A DNA stretch of 64,000 bases from Candidatus Magasanikbacteria bacterium UBA922 (GCA_002293825.1 DBDW01000001.1:3314-67313), one strand, 5' to 3'; counted from the first letter of the stretch, positions 8,826 through 19,243 are shown. The notes: a model not told the origin generated them from the sequence alone. A program made the numbers and translations.

Positions 8826-9308
8826 TTACACTCTCTCATCTTCGGTATACACGTGCAAGTAATCACTCTTCTCGTATCCATGCAATTCTTCTTCTCGGAA
8901 GAATCGTGACACTTCTGCTTTTGCAGATTCTACAGAATCTGACGCATGAATCACATTACACGCCACACTCATCGCATAATCTCCACGAATAGAACCTGCT
9001 TCTGCAGTACGAGCTTTCGTAATGCCGGTAATAAGTCGGATTGCATTTACCACTTCGAGTCCTTCCCACACCTGCACAATCACTGGTGAACTCATCATAA
9101 ATCGCTGTACTCCAGGATAAAACGGCTTGTCAGCAATATGTGAGTAATGCTCACGCAAGACCGCCTCTTCGAGGCGCATCATTTTCATCCCAACCAATTT
9201 CAAACCCTTCTGTTCGAATCGGTCAGTAATCTTTCCCACCAACCCACGCTGGATTGCGTCAGGTTTGATAATTACCAAGGTCTTCTCTTGTAATCCTTCG
9301 AATTGCAT
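8826..9308 (-). CDS. ndk: Nucleoside diphosphate kinase
   Basis: IIKPDA, GSIRGDY, NVIHASDS. Confidence 0.97.
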   Translation of the reverse strand: MQFEGLQEKTLVIIKPDAIQRGLVGKITDRFEQKGLKLVGMKMMRLEEAVLREHYSHIADKPFYPGVQRFMMSSPVIVQVWEGLEVVNAIRLITGITKARTAEAGSIRGDYAMSVACNVIHASDSVESAKAEVSRFFREEELHGYEKSDYLHVYTEDERV

Positions 9309-9441
9309 AGTTCGATTGATTAGATGAATAAAAAAGTTGCTGAAATTATAGCGAAAAATGGGCTTTTAGTCAAGCGTTCAAAAAAATATGATATACTGTA
9401 TACTATCTATAATATCTTATACATCTTAACTCTTTAATCGT

Positions 9442-10923
9442 ATGGAACGAGAAGGACAGTACCACCCACTTGAAGAAATGCTCACCGAAGAAGAACAAGA
9501 ACATTCAGAGCATGAGGTAGTTCACCTGCCTGCACAACAGGAAAAATCACTCCTCAGCACTGCTGAAAAAATTGTGATTGCACGAAATCCTGAAGCAAAA
9601 AAAGCATTACTTGAGTGGCGACGCGTACACAAAATAATTGAAGCAAAACACGGACCACTCTCCACCGAACACGCAACAATGTTCTTCGCATGGGCACACG
9701 ATAATCAGAAAATAGATTTCTCACAAGACCCAAAACTTGAAAAGCTGTATAACCACTACGTAGGGCAAGAAAAAATAAAACAACAAGAACGCGTACTCGA
9801 TCGAGCGCGCAAGCGCCACGAGGAAGAAACTGATGAACTCCCATCAATCATGATTGATGAAGAGTATGCACAAGAAATCGCACCTGCACATGCATACGAA
9901 ATCAACACTCGTACACTGGTCAATATTCTCAAAAACAAGAAAGTCGAGCGCGCATATAAGACATGGACAGAGACGACTCAAGATCCTAACACACTAAAGG
10001 ATCGTGATTCAAAGGATGTTGCTGCAGAATTTATCAATTGGGCGACTGAACACACTGATATTGATTTTTCAAAATTGATCAAGGAAAAAAAGACTACACA
10101 GACCGAAACAGTCACACCTACTCCAGAACAAAAAATTGCTCTCGCAATTCGAACTGACAAATACCTACAACCACTCGTAGCAGAATGGGGCAAGCTTCAT
10201 GGAGAAAAAAATAAATCGTTCAAAACAATTTCCACCACAGAAGATATCATTGATTTCGCTGAATGGGCGCAGACAGAAAAAGCTCTTGATATCCCAGGAG
10301 AAACATATGCAAAACTTGATAAACTGCGGTATGATCTTGAGAACGGAAAAAGCACGTCTACATCTGAAGAGCCAAGTGTGATCGTCGATCCAGAATTACT
10401 CAAAGAATCAGAAGAAATAGACGAGGCACGCAGACGTGTGAATACGATTCCTGAAACACCTATCTCGACAGATACAGACAAAATCGATACTGAAATCACG
10501 TCATATCAAAGAAAAATATTCGACACCTACGGTATCCGCCTCACCGAGACTGGTGAACCAGCACGACCACAAGATGAATCAAAAATCAGAAACATGCTCG
10601 GACTCATTGACCCTGATGTACGAAAAATCCAGCGATCAGGATTCTTTGGAAAAATAAAAGGATTTTTCCAAGATATCGGCACTTCTGAAAACGAACGAAT
10701 GATGGCACGTGCATTCAAAAAAGATTTGAGTGGATTGACCCAACTCATCCTCAGTCAGCCACCTAAATATGGAGACCGAATGCCAGTCGGCAGATCAGTG
10801 GTACGAGAATCACACACAGATCATATCCAGCGAGGCTCGACGACGTACACACGCCACACCCCTCTGAGACGACCCGCACCAAAACGTCCACGAAAACCTC
10901 GTACTACCAAATCTCAATCATAA
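9442..10923 (+). CDS. Hypothetical protein with three internal ~55-aa repeats
   Basis: 493-aa ORF with AT-rich promoter-like upstream region and downstream terminator; repeated W...FxxWA...xD module. Confidence 0.75.
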   Translation: MEREGQYHPLEEMLTEEEQEHSEHEVVHLPAQQEKSLLSTAEKIVIARNPEAKKALLEWRRVHKIIEAKHGPLSTEHATMFFAWAHDNQKIDFSQDPKLEKLYNHYVGQEKIKQQERVLDRARKRHEEETDELPSIMIDEEYAQEIAPAHAYEINTRTLVNILKNKKVERAYKTWTETTQDPNTLKDRDSKDVAAEFINWATEHTDIDFSKLIKEKKTTQTETVTPTPEQKIALAIRTDKYLQPLVAEWGKLHGEKNKSFKTISTTEDIIDFAEWAQTEKALDIPGETYAKLDKLRYDLENGKSTSTSEEPSVIVDPELLKESEEIDEARRRVNTIPETPISTDTDKIDTEITSYQRKIFDTYGIRLTETGEPARPQDESKIRNMLGLIDPDVRKIQRSGFFGKIKGFFQDIGTSENERMMARAFKKDLSGLTQLILSQPPKYGDRMPVGRSVVRESHTDHIQRGSTTYTRHTPLRRPAPKRPRKPRTTKSQS

Positions 10924-10930
10924 AAAAACT

Positions 10931-10958
10931 ACACAACCCTCTCGATGAGGGTTGTGTA
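10931..10958. terminator. Terminator between convergent genes
   Basis: ACACAACCCTC-tcgat-GAGGGTTGTGT. Confidence 0.7.
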
Positions 10959-10961
10959 TTG

Positions 10962-13010
10962 TTATAAGTCATCCAATGATTTGAGGAAACTTCTCACCGG
11001 CTTCCCCTCATCCTCAGGCTCGTAGGTAATATCATCCACATCATCACTCGGATCAGAAAACACAAGCGAACTCATGCGATCGGTCCGTTCATGATGCACG
11101 AGATCAGTACTAATCTCATCGATAAATGAACTCGGTCCCTGTAACATACTAAACGAACTCGCAAGCAAGGGATACGAAAGATATAAAAACTTTTTTGCAC
11201 GCGTAATTGCAACATAAAATAATCGACGCTCCTCTTCTACACCATCCCGTTCACGCATACTTCGCTCGCTCGGAAATTGACCTGCTGCCACATGCACGAT
11301 AAACACGGTCTCCCATTCCAGTCCTTTTGCCTGATGAATAGTCGAAAGTACAATTTTCTCCTGCTCAGTACTATCCGCACGCGCACCAGAAACAACAGTA
11401 TAGCTTTCCTGTAGACTGGCCTCAGCTAGAAAATCCGAAAGACGAGAATCACCTTCTCGGGTTATATATTGATCTGCAAAAACCGCAAGTTGCTCAATAT
11501 CCTGCATACGTTCACGATAATCAGGATATTCTGCTTCGAGATATTCTTTGTATGGAGACGCACATATTCCTCGTATCATCTCTCCTGGACCTCGCGCATA
11601 CCCAGCATCGACTTCATTCCAGATACGCAGAAATTCTGCCCACCCGAGCTGTCCACGTGCTGAGAGTACTGCACCCACCCGATCAAGCGAATCCTCAGCA
11701 GTGCTCGACTTCACCGCCTGAATGATTTTCTCAGCACCCGACGGGCCGATACCTGTCTGCATCGTGAGTACTCGCATCCACGCGATCGTATCCCCACGAT
11801 TCGCATATATTCGAAGATATGCGAGCACATCTTTCACATGTGCACGCTCGAAAAATCGAACTCCCCCACGATAGTCATAGGGAATCTGCCGACGCGTCAA
11901 TTCAATTTCAAGTGCTTGGGAATGAAATGCTGCTCGAAACAAAACCGCAATTTCAGACAACGACACTCCTTCGTCTGATAATTCGAGAATCCTATCAGCG
12001 ATAAAACGAGCTTCTTCGGCACTATCGACAAATGCATGAATTTCGGGTTTCGTAAATCGTTCACGTACACTTTTTAATTCTTTTTTATACTGTCGTGTAT
12101 TCTGCGCAATCACTTCATTTGCCACGTTCAAAATGTCTGGAGTCGAACGATAATTGGTCTCCAGCCGAAAAATCCGTGCATTCGGATACTGGCGCTCAAA
12201 CTCAAGAATATTGGTAATATCCGCGGCACGAAATGAATAAATACTTTGCGCATCATCTCCTACCACAAGCACATTGTGATGTATCGAACTGCACAATCGG
12301 ATGATTGAAGCCTGTATCTTATTCGTATCCTGATACTCATCCACCATAATATAGCGAAATTGTGTCGCATATATCGTACGAATCTGTTCTGAAGAAGAAA
12401 GTAATAAAAACAAATGTACCAATAAATCATCAAAATCCATCACATTGGCATCTCGCTTGCGTCTACGATACGCATCTGCCACCCGAGACAATGTGTCAGC
12501 ATGTTCGATCCATTGCGGATATTTTTCTTCAAGCACATCAGCAATGGTCCGTTCAGCATTGCGTGCAAAACTCAATAATGCACCGACCACGGCAGGAGAT
12601 GGAAATCGCTTATTACTCCGATCAATCCCTTCTGACGCAATACATAATTTCAACATGTCTTTTGCGTCTTCAGAATCGAGAATACTAAAGGTATGAGTAA
12701 ATCCCATTACGGTTGCGTATTTTTTCAAAATCCGATAGGCAATATGATGAAATGTTCCTGACCATGGTAATTGTATGCGCCCACCAGTAAGACCTGCTAC
12801 ACGTGACGCCATTTCTCGTGCTGCTTTATTGGTAAACGTGAGTAATAAAATAGACGCAGGATCTACACCACGTTCCAATAAATATGCGACTCGATAGGTA
12901 ATTGCACGCGTCTTACCACTCCCTGCCCCCGCTAATACGAGACATGCCCCATCACCGTTACGTACCACCTCCAATTGTTCTTTATTTAATTCTTGTTCAA
13001 AATTAATCAT
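10962..13010 (-). CDS. UvrD/Rep/PcrA-family ATP-dependent DNA helicase
   Basis: AGAGSGKT, VDEYQD, GDDAQSIYSFR, NYRS, STIHQAKGLEW, EERRLFYVAITRA. Confidence 0.95.
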   Translation of the reverse strand: MINFEQELNKEQLEVVRNGDGACLVLAGAGSGKTRAITYRVAYLLERGVDPASILLLTFTNKAAREMASRVAGLTGGRIQLPWSGTFHHIAYRILKKYATVMGFTHTFSILDSEDAKDMLKLCIASEGIDRSNKRFPSPAVVGALLSFARNAERTIADVLEEKYPQWIEHADTLSRVADAYRRRKRDANVMDFDDLLVHLFLLLSSSEQIRTIYATQFRYIMVDEYQDTNKIQASIIRLCSSIHHNVLVVGDDAQSIYSFRAADITNILEFERQYPNARIFRLETNYRSTPDILNVANEVIAQNTRQYKKELKSVRERFTKPEIHAFVDSAEEARFIADRILELSDEGVSLSEIAVLFRAAFHSQALEIELTRRQIPYDYRGGVRFFERAHVKDVLAYLRIYANRGDTIAWMRVLTMQTGIGPSGAEKIIQAVKSSTAEDSLDRVGAVLSARGQLGWAEFLRIWNEVDAGYARGPGEMIRGICASPYKEYLEAEYPDYRERMQDIEQLAVFADQYITREGDSRLSDFLAEASLQESYTVVSGARADSTEQEKIVLSTIHQAKGLEWETVFIVHVAAGQFPSERSMRERDGVEEERRLFYVAITRAKKFLYLSYPLLASSFSMLQGPSSFIDEISTDLVHHERTDRMSSLVFSDPSDDVDDITYEPEDEGKPVRSFLKSLDDL

Positions 13011-13125
13011 ATAAAATTCTGAAGCTACGTACGAATACGTAGCTTTATCCCCCCTTTGATTACTCTGAGACATTCCCATGTATAGCGAGAAGTATACACT
13101 TCCCGCTATACACAGAAATAGACTA

Positions 13126-13401
13126 CTACGAACCCGTCACCTGTCGCTTGAGCACCTTGAGTGCCCTGCGCTCCTCCCTGCGCTTCGCCTTGTTCGAGAC
13201 AAACGCATCAGAGAGCGGGATCACGTTCCCCTCACTCGACTCTTCCGTCGACACATGCTCCTTCCAGTGTGGACTCTTGTCGTAAAAACCTCCACGAGCA
13301 GTGCAGTCAGCACACTCAGCACCACTCGTCTCAGTGATCTGGTCTGTACCGTTGTCGATCTCGAGGACAACGACACTGCACCCACAAAACACTCTGAGCA
13401 T
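13126..13401 (-). CDS. Hypothetical small Cys-containing protein
   Basis: GGAGGGG SD then MLRVFCGC...CADC; basic C-terminus. Confidence 0.55.
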   Translation of the reverse strand: MLRVFCGCSVVVLEIDNGTDQITETSGAECADCTARGGFYDKSPHWKEHVSTEESSEGNVIPLSDAFVSNKAKRREERRALKVLKRQVTGS

Positions 13402-13412
13402 GTGACCCCTCC

Positions 13413-13529
13413 CTATTCCGCAAAGGACACACCACGCATGACCTCGAGCAGGCACGCACCTGCTACTGACCACAAGATCGTCGCGGCAATTTCAAGGTAC
13501 GAATCCAAGAGGTTGGAAATAAACATCAT
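13413..13529 (-). CDS. Putative 38-aa single-TM peptide
   Basis: GAGGTG SD then MMFISNLLDSYLEIAATILWSVAGACLLEVMRGVSFAE*; its stop abuts the SD of the next gene. Confidence 0.45.
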   Translation of the reverse strand: MMFISNLLDSYLEIAATILWSVAGACLLEVMRGVSFAE

Positions 13530-13612
13530 GGATCACCTCGTGGAGAAAAACACTAGAATCAATCATATCGTCAATTGAAAAAAAATACAAATTCTGTTAG
13601 TGTAGACAACAT

Positions 13613-14776
13613 ATGTTATTTGAAATCACACAACAATCTAGTGAATGTGCGGCGCGCACCGGTATTATTCACACCGACCATGGAGATATTCACACTCCGA
13701 TATTTATGCCCGTGGGTACCCAAGCAAGTGTAAAATCGCTTGATTCTTCTGATGTCAAAAATACCGGAGCGGAAATCATTCTTGCGAACACCTATCACCT
13801 ACATCTCCGACCAGGAGAAGATTTGATAGATACTGCAGGAGGCCTTCACAGATTCATGGGATGGGATGGGCCCATACTTACTGATAGTGGAGGATTTCAA
13901 GTACTCTCGCTCGGTGCTCAAAAAACCAGAACCAAAGGTGGTGAAGCATTGTCAAAAATAGATGACAATGGAGTTACCTTCAAAAGTCATATCGATGGAT
14001 CGACCCATCGATTTACCCCAGAAATTGCAATCGATATTCAGCACAAGCTCGGTGCCGACATCATCATGGCGTTCGACGAAGCCACACCCGACGATGCGAC
14101 CGAAGCATATGCAAAAGAAGTGCTCAATCGCACACATCGCTGGGCGAAAGAATCACTTGACGCGCACAAAAAAGAAACCACTCGCCATGGATACCGACAA
14201 TTTTTGTTTGGAATCATCCAGGGTGGAGTGCACAAAAATTTACGTATTGAAAGCGCACAAGCGATCACGGCCATGGAGTTTGACGGTATCGCACTTGGTG
14301 GAGAATCAATCGGATACAACATGCCCGTTACGAGACAAATCCTCGAATGGGTCACACCCTATTTACCAAAAGAAAAACCACGCTACACCATGGGTGTCGG
14401 ATATTCACCACTTGATCTCTTCGACGTGGTCGAGCATGGTATCGACATGTTCGATTGTGTCGCACCTACACGCATTGCACGCAATGGTACACTCTTTGAT
14501 CAGTGTGCAAAAGATAGTAATTTCAGAATCTCGATTACCAATGCGCAATACAAGCACGATTTTTCTCCAATCGACCCGACCAATACACTACCCGAACACA
14601 TAAATGTTTCAAAAGCATATCTACACCATCTTTTCAAAGCAGAAGAGCTGGCAGCATACCGCATCGCAACCATGCACAATCTCACCTTCCTCCTCACACT
14701 CATGAAACAGATGCGAGCAGCAATTGCAGAAGACAGGTTTTTTGAATTTAAAAAAGAATGGACTCAGCGCTCATAA
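13613..14776 (+). CDS. tgt: tRNA-guanine transglycosylase
   Basis: TPIFMPVGT, LANTYHL, TDSGGFQV, DMFDCV.PTR.AR. Confidence 0.95.
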   Translation: MLFEITQQSSECAARTGIIHTDHGDIHTPIFMPVGTQASVKSLDSSDVKNTGAEIILANTYHLHLRPGEDLIDTAGGLHRFMGWDGPILTDSGGFQVLSLGAQKTRTKGGEALSKIDDNGVTFKSHIDGSTHRFTPEIAIDIQHKLGADIIMAFDEATPDDATEAYAKEVLNRTHRWAKESLDAHKKETTRHGYRQFLFGIIQGGVHKNLRIESAQAITAMEFDGIALGGESIGYNMPVTRQILEWVTPYLPKEKPRYTMGVGYSPLDLFDVVEHGIDMFDCVAPTRIARNGTLFDQCAKDSNFRISITNAQYKHDFSPIDPTNTLPEHINVSKAYLHHLFKAEELAAYRIATMHNLTFLLTLMKQMRAAIAEDRFFEFKKEWTQRS

Positions 14777-14824
14777 CATCTCAAAAACATATCACACTCG
14801 CAACAGTATACGCACCTGAACCTT

Positions 14825-15292
14825 ATGCGCATTACCCTCATCTCTATCGGCAAACTCAAAGAATCTTACTGGAAAGAAGCCGAAACCGAATATCTGAAAC
14901 GCCTTACTCCGTATGCAAAAATGGAAATTATTGAGCATAAAGAAATTGCGTTTGGAAACAAAGACAATCCTGAAACAATCAAAACAAAAGAAGCAGAACT
15001 AATTCTCGCGTCACTTCCCCATCAGTCATACAGTATCGCACTCGATCCTCGAGGCACATCATTTTCATCAGAAAATCTCGCGGAAAAAATACGCGAACTC
15101 GAACACGAGACTTCTCACATCGCTATAATTATTGGAGGTCCTTTAGGAATTCACGAATCAGTATTCACCAGAGTCAATCTAAAACTCTCCCTCTCGGCAC
15201 TCACCTTCACCCACCAGATGACACGAGTCATCCTCGAAGAGCAGTTGTACCGCGCGTATATGATCAAAAACGGAAAACCCTATCACCACTAA
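14825..15292 (+). CDS. rlmH: 23S rRNA pseudouridine-1915 N3-methyltransferase
   Basis: IGKLK, IIGGPLG, LS.LTFTHQM.RVIL.EQLYRA, YHH end. Confidence 0.95.
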   Translation: MRITLISIGKLKESYWKEAETEYLKRLTPYAKMEIIEHKEIAFGNKDNPETIKTKEAELILASLPHQSYSIALDPRGTSFSSENLAEKIRELEHETSHIAIIIGGPLGIHESVFTRVNLKLSLSALTFTHQMTRVILEEQLYRAYMIKNGKPYHH

Positions 15293-15385
15293 TCTTGACA
15301 AACACACAGATACTCTATATAGTGTCACGGTCTCTACACAAACGCATACAAAAATATGCGTTTTACGTTCCATAGGAGGAATCTC

Positions 15386-15565
15386 GTGCACGACACCACA
15401 AACCGCATCATCCCCATGACCGAACTCTCGCGACTGGTGAGGACCCAGCTCAGTCTCCGGGCCAAGAAACTCGGCATGGAACTCGGCTCACGTGTCCTGG
15501 CTCAGATGATGGGGAGTTCGCTCTCTGTCCGGCTCAAGAAGCGTGAGCACACGCCGAAGAAGTAG
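15386..15565 (+). CDS. Small basic hypothetical protein
   Basis: AGGAGG SD before GTG 15386; TTGACA promoter-like element at ~15295. Confidence 0.5.
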   Translation: MHDTTNRIIPMTELSRLVRTQLSLRAKKLGMELGSRVLAQMMGSSLSVRLKKREHTPKK

Positions 15566-15598
15566 TGAGCACACGGCACGGGAGGGATATGAGACAAT

Positions 15599-15672
15599 CA
15601 AAAAACCACCCGCTGCCACATGATATTCCAAATACTTGGAATCTTATGTGGGAGGATTCGGGTGGTTTTTTA
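15599..15672. terminator. Extended bidirectional terminator hairpin
   Basis: AAAAAACCACCCG...CGGGTGGTTTTTT enclosing an inner CCACAT/ATGTGG and ATTCCAA/TTGGAAT stem. Confidence 0.7.
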
Positions 15673-15677
15673 TTTAG

Positions 15678-16760
15678 TTAAGAAATAAACATCGCATCTC
15701 CAAAACTATAAAACCGATACTGTTCTTCCACAGCCGTGCGATAACAATCCAACACAAACTCTCGATCTCCTACAAATGCAGACACGAGCATGAGCAGTGT
15801 AGATTTCGGTAAATGAAAATTGGTAATCAGCGCGTCAACAATCCTGAATTGGAATCCTGGTGTAATAAAAATATTAATATCTCCACGATATGGAACAATC
15901 TCCCCCTGATGAAGCGACGCGACACCCTCAAGCGTTCGTACCGTCGTCGTACCGACAGCAATAATGCGCTGTCCTTCGTGTCGTGCACGAGTAATGATGT
16001 TGGCAGTCTCTCCTGAAATTTCCACCCATTCGCTATGCATAGTGTGATCTTCCACTCGTTCAGCTTTCACGGGCAAAAATGTACCCAATCCCACATGTAG
16101 CGTCACCTCGGCAAATACCACCCCTTTGGCTTTCAAACGCTCAATCAATTCAGGAGTAAAATGAAATCCTGCGGTCGGTGCCGCTACCGATCCTTCGGGT
16201 CGCGCATATACGGTCTGATAACTCTCGAGTGCGTGTACCTCATCTTTTACATAGGGTGGAATCGGTATTGATCCATACTGATTTGCTTTTCTCCGTACCT
16301 CGTCCTCAGTATCTGGAAATTGCACCAATATCGTCCCATTTTTTTCTTTTACCATGACCTCGCAATAAAAATCTGGTGCAAAACGCACAATCATACCTGG
16401 TACGATTCGTCGTCCAGGTTTACCCAATACTTTCCACACACCCTGATTTTGCATCGGCCGTACCAAAAAAATTTCCACCTCTCTCTGATGCAATAACGCA
16501 CGATCAGGTACGCCATCCTGATTGATATCACGATCACTCGATTCCAATCTTCCCGTCAATCGTGCCTTAAACACTTTTGAATTATTCCACACGACCACAT
16601 CACCCGACGTGAAATATTCGACCACATCATAAAAATGCCGATGTTCGACTACATGTGAATCACGCTGAATCACCATGAGCCGAGAATGATCTCGTGGTTC
16701 AATTGATTTCTGTGCAATGCGTTCGGGCGGAAGATGATAGTCAAAGTCAGTGGTATGCAT
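15678..16760 (-). CDS. queA: S-adenosylmethionine:tRNA ribosyltransferase-isomerase
   Basis: FDYHLP...IAQ, YQTVYA..GSVAAPTAGFHF, TLHVGLGTF, TNFHLPKSTL, YRFYSFGDAM. Confidence 0.97.
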   Translation of the reverse strand: MHTTDFDYHLPPERIAQKSIEPRDHSRLMVIQRDSHVVEHRHFYDVVEYFTSGDVVVWNNSKVFKARLTGRLESSDRDINQDGVPDRALLHQREVEIFLVRPMQNQGVWKVLGKPGRRIVPGMIVRFAPDFYCEVMVKEKNGTILVQFPDTEDEVRRKANQYGSIPIPPYVKDEVHALESYQTVYARPEGSVAAPTAGFHFTPELIERLKAKGVVFAEVTLHVGLGTFLPVKAERVEDHTMHSEWVEISGETANIITRARHEGQRIIAVGTTTVRTLEGVASLHQGEIVPYRGDINIFITPGFQFRIVDALITNFHLPKSTLLMLVSAFVGDREFVLDCYRTAVEEQYRFYSFGDAMFIS

Positions 16761-16859
16761 ACAGAGAAAAAATGTATGAAGTATAGTCAGTGTACAAAGA
16801 TACAATAACGCATCATGAGTGTTATTATGTTCCAACTCTACCCTAGAACCAATTTTTTT

Positions 16860-18191
16860 TCAATTACGATGAATCTCGACAAATGCAGATACCATAGGAT
16901 CCATCCAAATATGATGTCGACGAAGCGGTCGTCTGAGTTCAAGCCCATCAAGACTCCTGCATCGAGACAGTGCCACATAGACCTGCCCAGACGCAAAACT
17001 ACCACTCCCAATATCGAGCATAATGCGATCAAATGTCTTACCTTGTGCCTTATGAATCGTAACTGCCCACGCCAATTTTATCGGATATTGTATAAACGAA
17101 CCCACAACCTCTGACTCTACCTGCGAAGTCGAGGGATCAAAATAAAATCGATGCATGTCCCACGTATACTTCCCAATCTTCACTCGTGCTCCCGAATCAA
17201 GCGCTACTTCGATTTTCTCTTCACCCCCATCTTCCCCTTCTATAAATCGAGTAATCGACCCGGTACTCCCATTATGCCACGCACCCGACGCATCATTATG
17301 CAGGAGCATTACACGCGCGCCTTTTTTCAACACCAATTCCTGATCAGTAGGAAACGCAGAACGATCGAATCGATGCGCTGCAGTACCTACAAATACACGC
17401 TCTTCAGCAGGAAGTGCTTTCAATCGTGCACGATTCACCTCAGATGCCAATTTATTGGTCGTGGTAATCCACAAGCCATTATACGATTCATCACGAAAAT
17501 GATCCTCCACCCGACGCTGATTCAACACCTGTAATTGCTCTTCGGTAAGTGTCGCATCTCTCACTGCATTGAGTAGTGAAATAAATTCCTGATCTTTTTG
17601 CCGATAGATTCGATCGAGCTCTATCATCTCCAGCAAAAACACCGCCTCTTCAAGGAGAGTACGTTGCCTCCCTCCCATACATACACGAGATGAAAAAAAA
17701 TATGGTGATCCATACCGATCATTGAAGACATCCGCATCTTGTCTCGTAACTACGGGTGGCAATTGATACAAATCTCCAATGAGAATCATCTGCACTCCCC
17801 CAAACGGCTTTCGACGATCACGGCCCATCTTTCGCATGAAAATATCAATACAATCAAACAAATCTGCTCTCACCATTGAAATCTCATCAATTACAATCGC
17901 ATCAAGTTTTCGATAAATATTCACTTCATCCCCATGCTTCTTTGGAAATTTCACGGTATCTGGTGTGGTCGACGGAGTAAACCCAAAAAACGAATGAATC
18001 GTCTGTCCCTGCACATTCACTGCAGCTACTCCCGTAGGAGCAAGCACCACAATATTTTTCTTCGTTTTCGAGCGAAAATATGACAATAAGGTAGACTTGC
18101 CCGTACCCGCTCTACCAGTAATAAAAAGATTCGCATGGCTATATTCCATACGATCAAACGCATACGAAAATTTTTCATTATGCTCAATCAT
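16860..18191 (-). CDS. Pif1-family SF1B helicase
   Basis: TGRAGTGKS, APTGVAA, IDEISMV, GDLYQLPPV, LAWAVTIHKAQG, YVALSR. Confidence 0.92.
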   Translation of the reverse strand: MIEHNEKFSYAFDRMEYSHANLFITGRAGTGKSTLLSYFRSKTKKNIVVLAPTGVAAVNVQGQTIHSFFGFTPSTTPDTVKFPKKHGDEVNIYRKLDAIVIDEISMVRADLFDCIDIFMRKMGRDRRKPFGGVQMILIGDLYQLPPVVTRQDADVFNDRYGSPYFFSSRVCMGGRQRTLLEEAVFLLEMIELDRIYRQKDQEFISLLNAVRDATLTEEQLQVLNQRRVEDHFRDESYNGLWITTTNKLASEVNRARLKALPAEERVFVGTAAHRFDRSAFPTDQELVLKKGARVMLLHNDASGAWHNGSTGSITRFIEGEDGGEEKIEVALDSGARVKIGKYTWDMHRFYFDPSTSQVESEVVGSFIQYPIKLAWAVTIHKAQGKTFDRIMLDIGSGSFASGQVYVALSRCRSLDGLELRRPLRRHHIWMDPMVSAFVEIHRN

Positions 18192-18210
18192 ACATACTCA
18201 CTAGTGTATG

Positions 18211-18735
18211 CTACAATCGATACTTTTTCAACTCACGCACATGCTCCTGATACTCCGGAAGAATAGAAGCTACTGCTGCCCAAAATTTCTTCGAATGATT
18301 GTGTTGCCTCAGATGACACAATTCATGTACGACAATGTAGTCACGAAGATGATCAGGTAAAAATAAAAGCTTGTAGGTAAAATTGAGATTGCCCTGTGTA
18401 GAACAACTTCCCCACCGACTCGACGTATTTTTAATCGAAATTCTTGCATACTCGAATCCATACTGTTCAGCAAAATATTTCACTCGTTCACTAATCACTT
18501 TCTTTGCCCGAGCCTTATTCGCATGATACGAATACCCACGACCATCAAAAGACGACTTTCTATGCATCTTCATCTTTTCTCGGGCGTCATCAATCCATGT
18601 TTTTTTTGCCTGCACAAATCTTTCAATCATGGCTCTTGGCACCAGAACAGGTGCAGTCACCCGAACAATACCCTTTGCAGTAACCGAAAGGGTGATACGA
18701 CGAGTACGTGTGCGACGAATAATTGAATATTCCAT
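18211..18735 (-). CDS. YgjP/DUF45 (SprT-like) metal-dependent hydrolase
   Basis: SRWGSCS, YIVVHELCHL..HNHSKKFW. Confidence 0.9.
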   Translation of the reverse strand: MEYSIIRRTRTRRITLSVTAKGIVRVTAPVLVPRAMIERFVQAKKTWIDDAREKMKMHRKSSFDGRGYSYHANKARAKKVISERVKYFAEQYGFEYARISIKNTSSRWGSCSTQGNLNFTYKLLFLPDHLRDYIVVHELCHLRQHNHSKKFWAAVASILPEYQEHVRELKKYRL

Positions 18736-18756
18736 ACCACCCCTCACCACAGTAGC

Positions 18757-19221
18757 TTACTTCTCCGCAATTTCTTTCAATAGTGCAAGTGCTTTTGGCC
18801 AGGTAGTGTCAAACATTTCTTTGTATTCCTCATTAGTATCTACATCCACCATCACCTGTGTACCTCCATCCTTTTCTACAAATGTATAGTTCTCGAATGC
18901 TGGTGTCCATTTTTTTACTTCGTCGCTCGTCGTATCTACAGTACCCTCACTATCAATAATTCCCACATGCTGGATTGAAATAAATTCATGCGTTCTGTTT
19001 TCTACCACACGTGATGCCATACCACCCTTGTTTCCATCATCATCGACTCCGATAAACTTAAGGTCAGACCCCTGGTCCCAGCTTCCCTCAAACCAGGTAT
19101 CAGTCGTGTTTCCTGGACTAAAGGGCTTGGTCCACTGCTTGTAGGTTTCCATCCCAAGCATGGTATTCCATACTTTTTCGACTGGTGCTGCAATAAATAT
19201 CTCATGATGTAGTTTTTCCAT
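18757..19221 (-). CDS. SRPBCC (AHSA1/START-like) domain protein
   Basis: IAAPVEKVW...Y.QW, WPKAL.LLKEIAE. Confidence 0.85.
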   Translation of the reverse strand: MEKLHHEIFIAAPVEKVWNTMLGMETYKQWTKPFSPGNTTDTWFEGSWDQGSDLKFIGVDDDGNKGGMASRVVENRTHEFISIQHVGIIDSEGTVDTTSDEVKKWTPAFENYTFVEKDGGTQVMVDVDTNEEYKEMFDTTWPKALALLKEIAEK

Positions 19222-19243
19222 ATGATCAACGTAAAATATTAAT

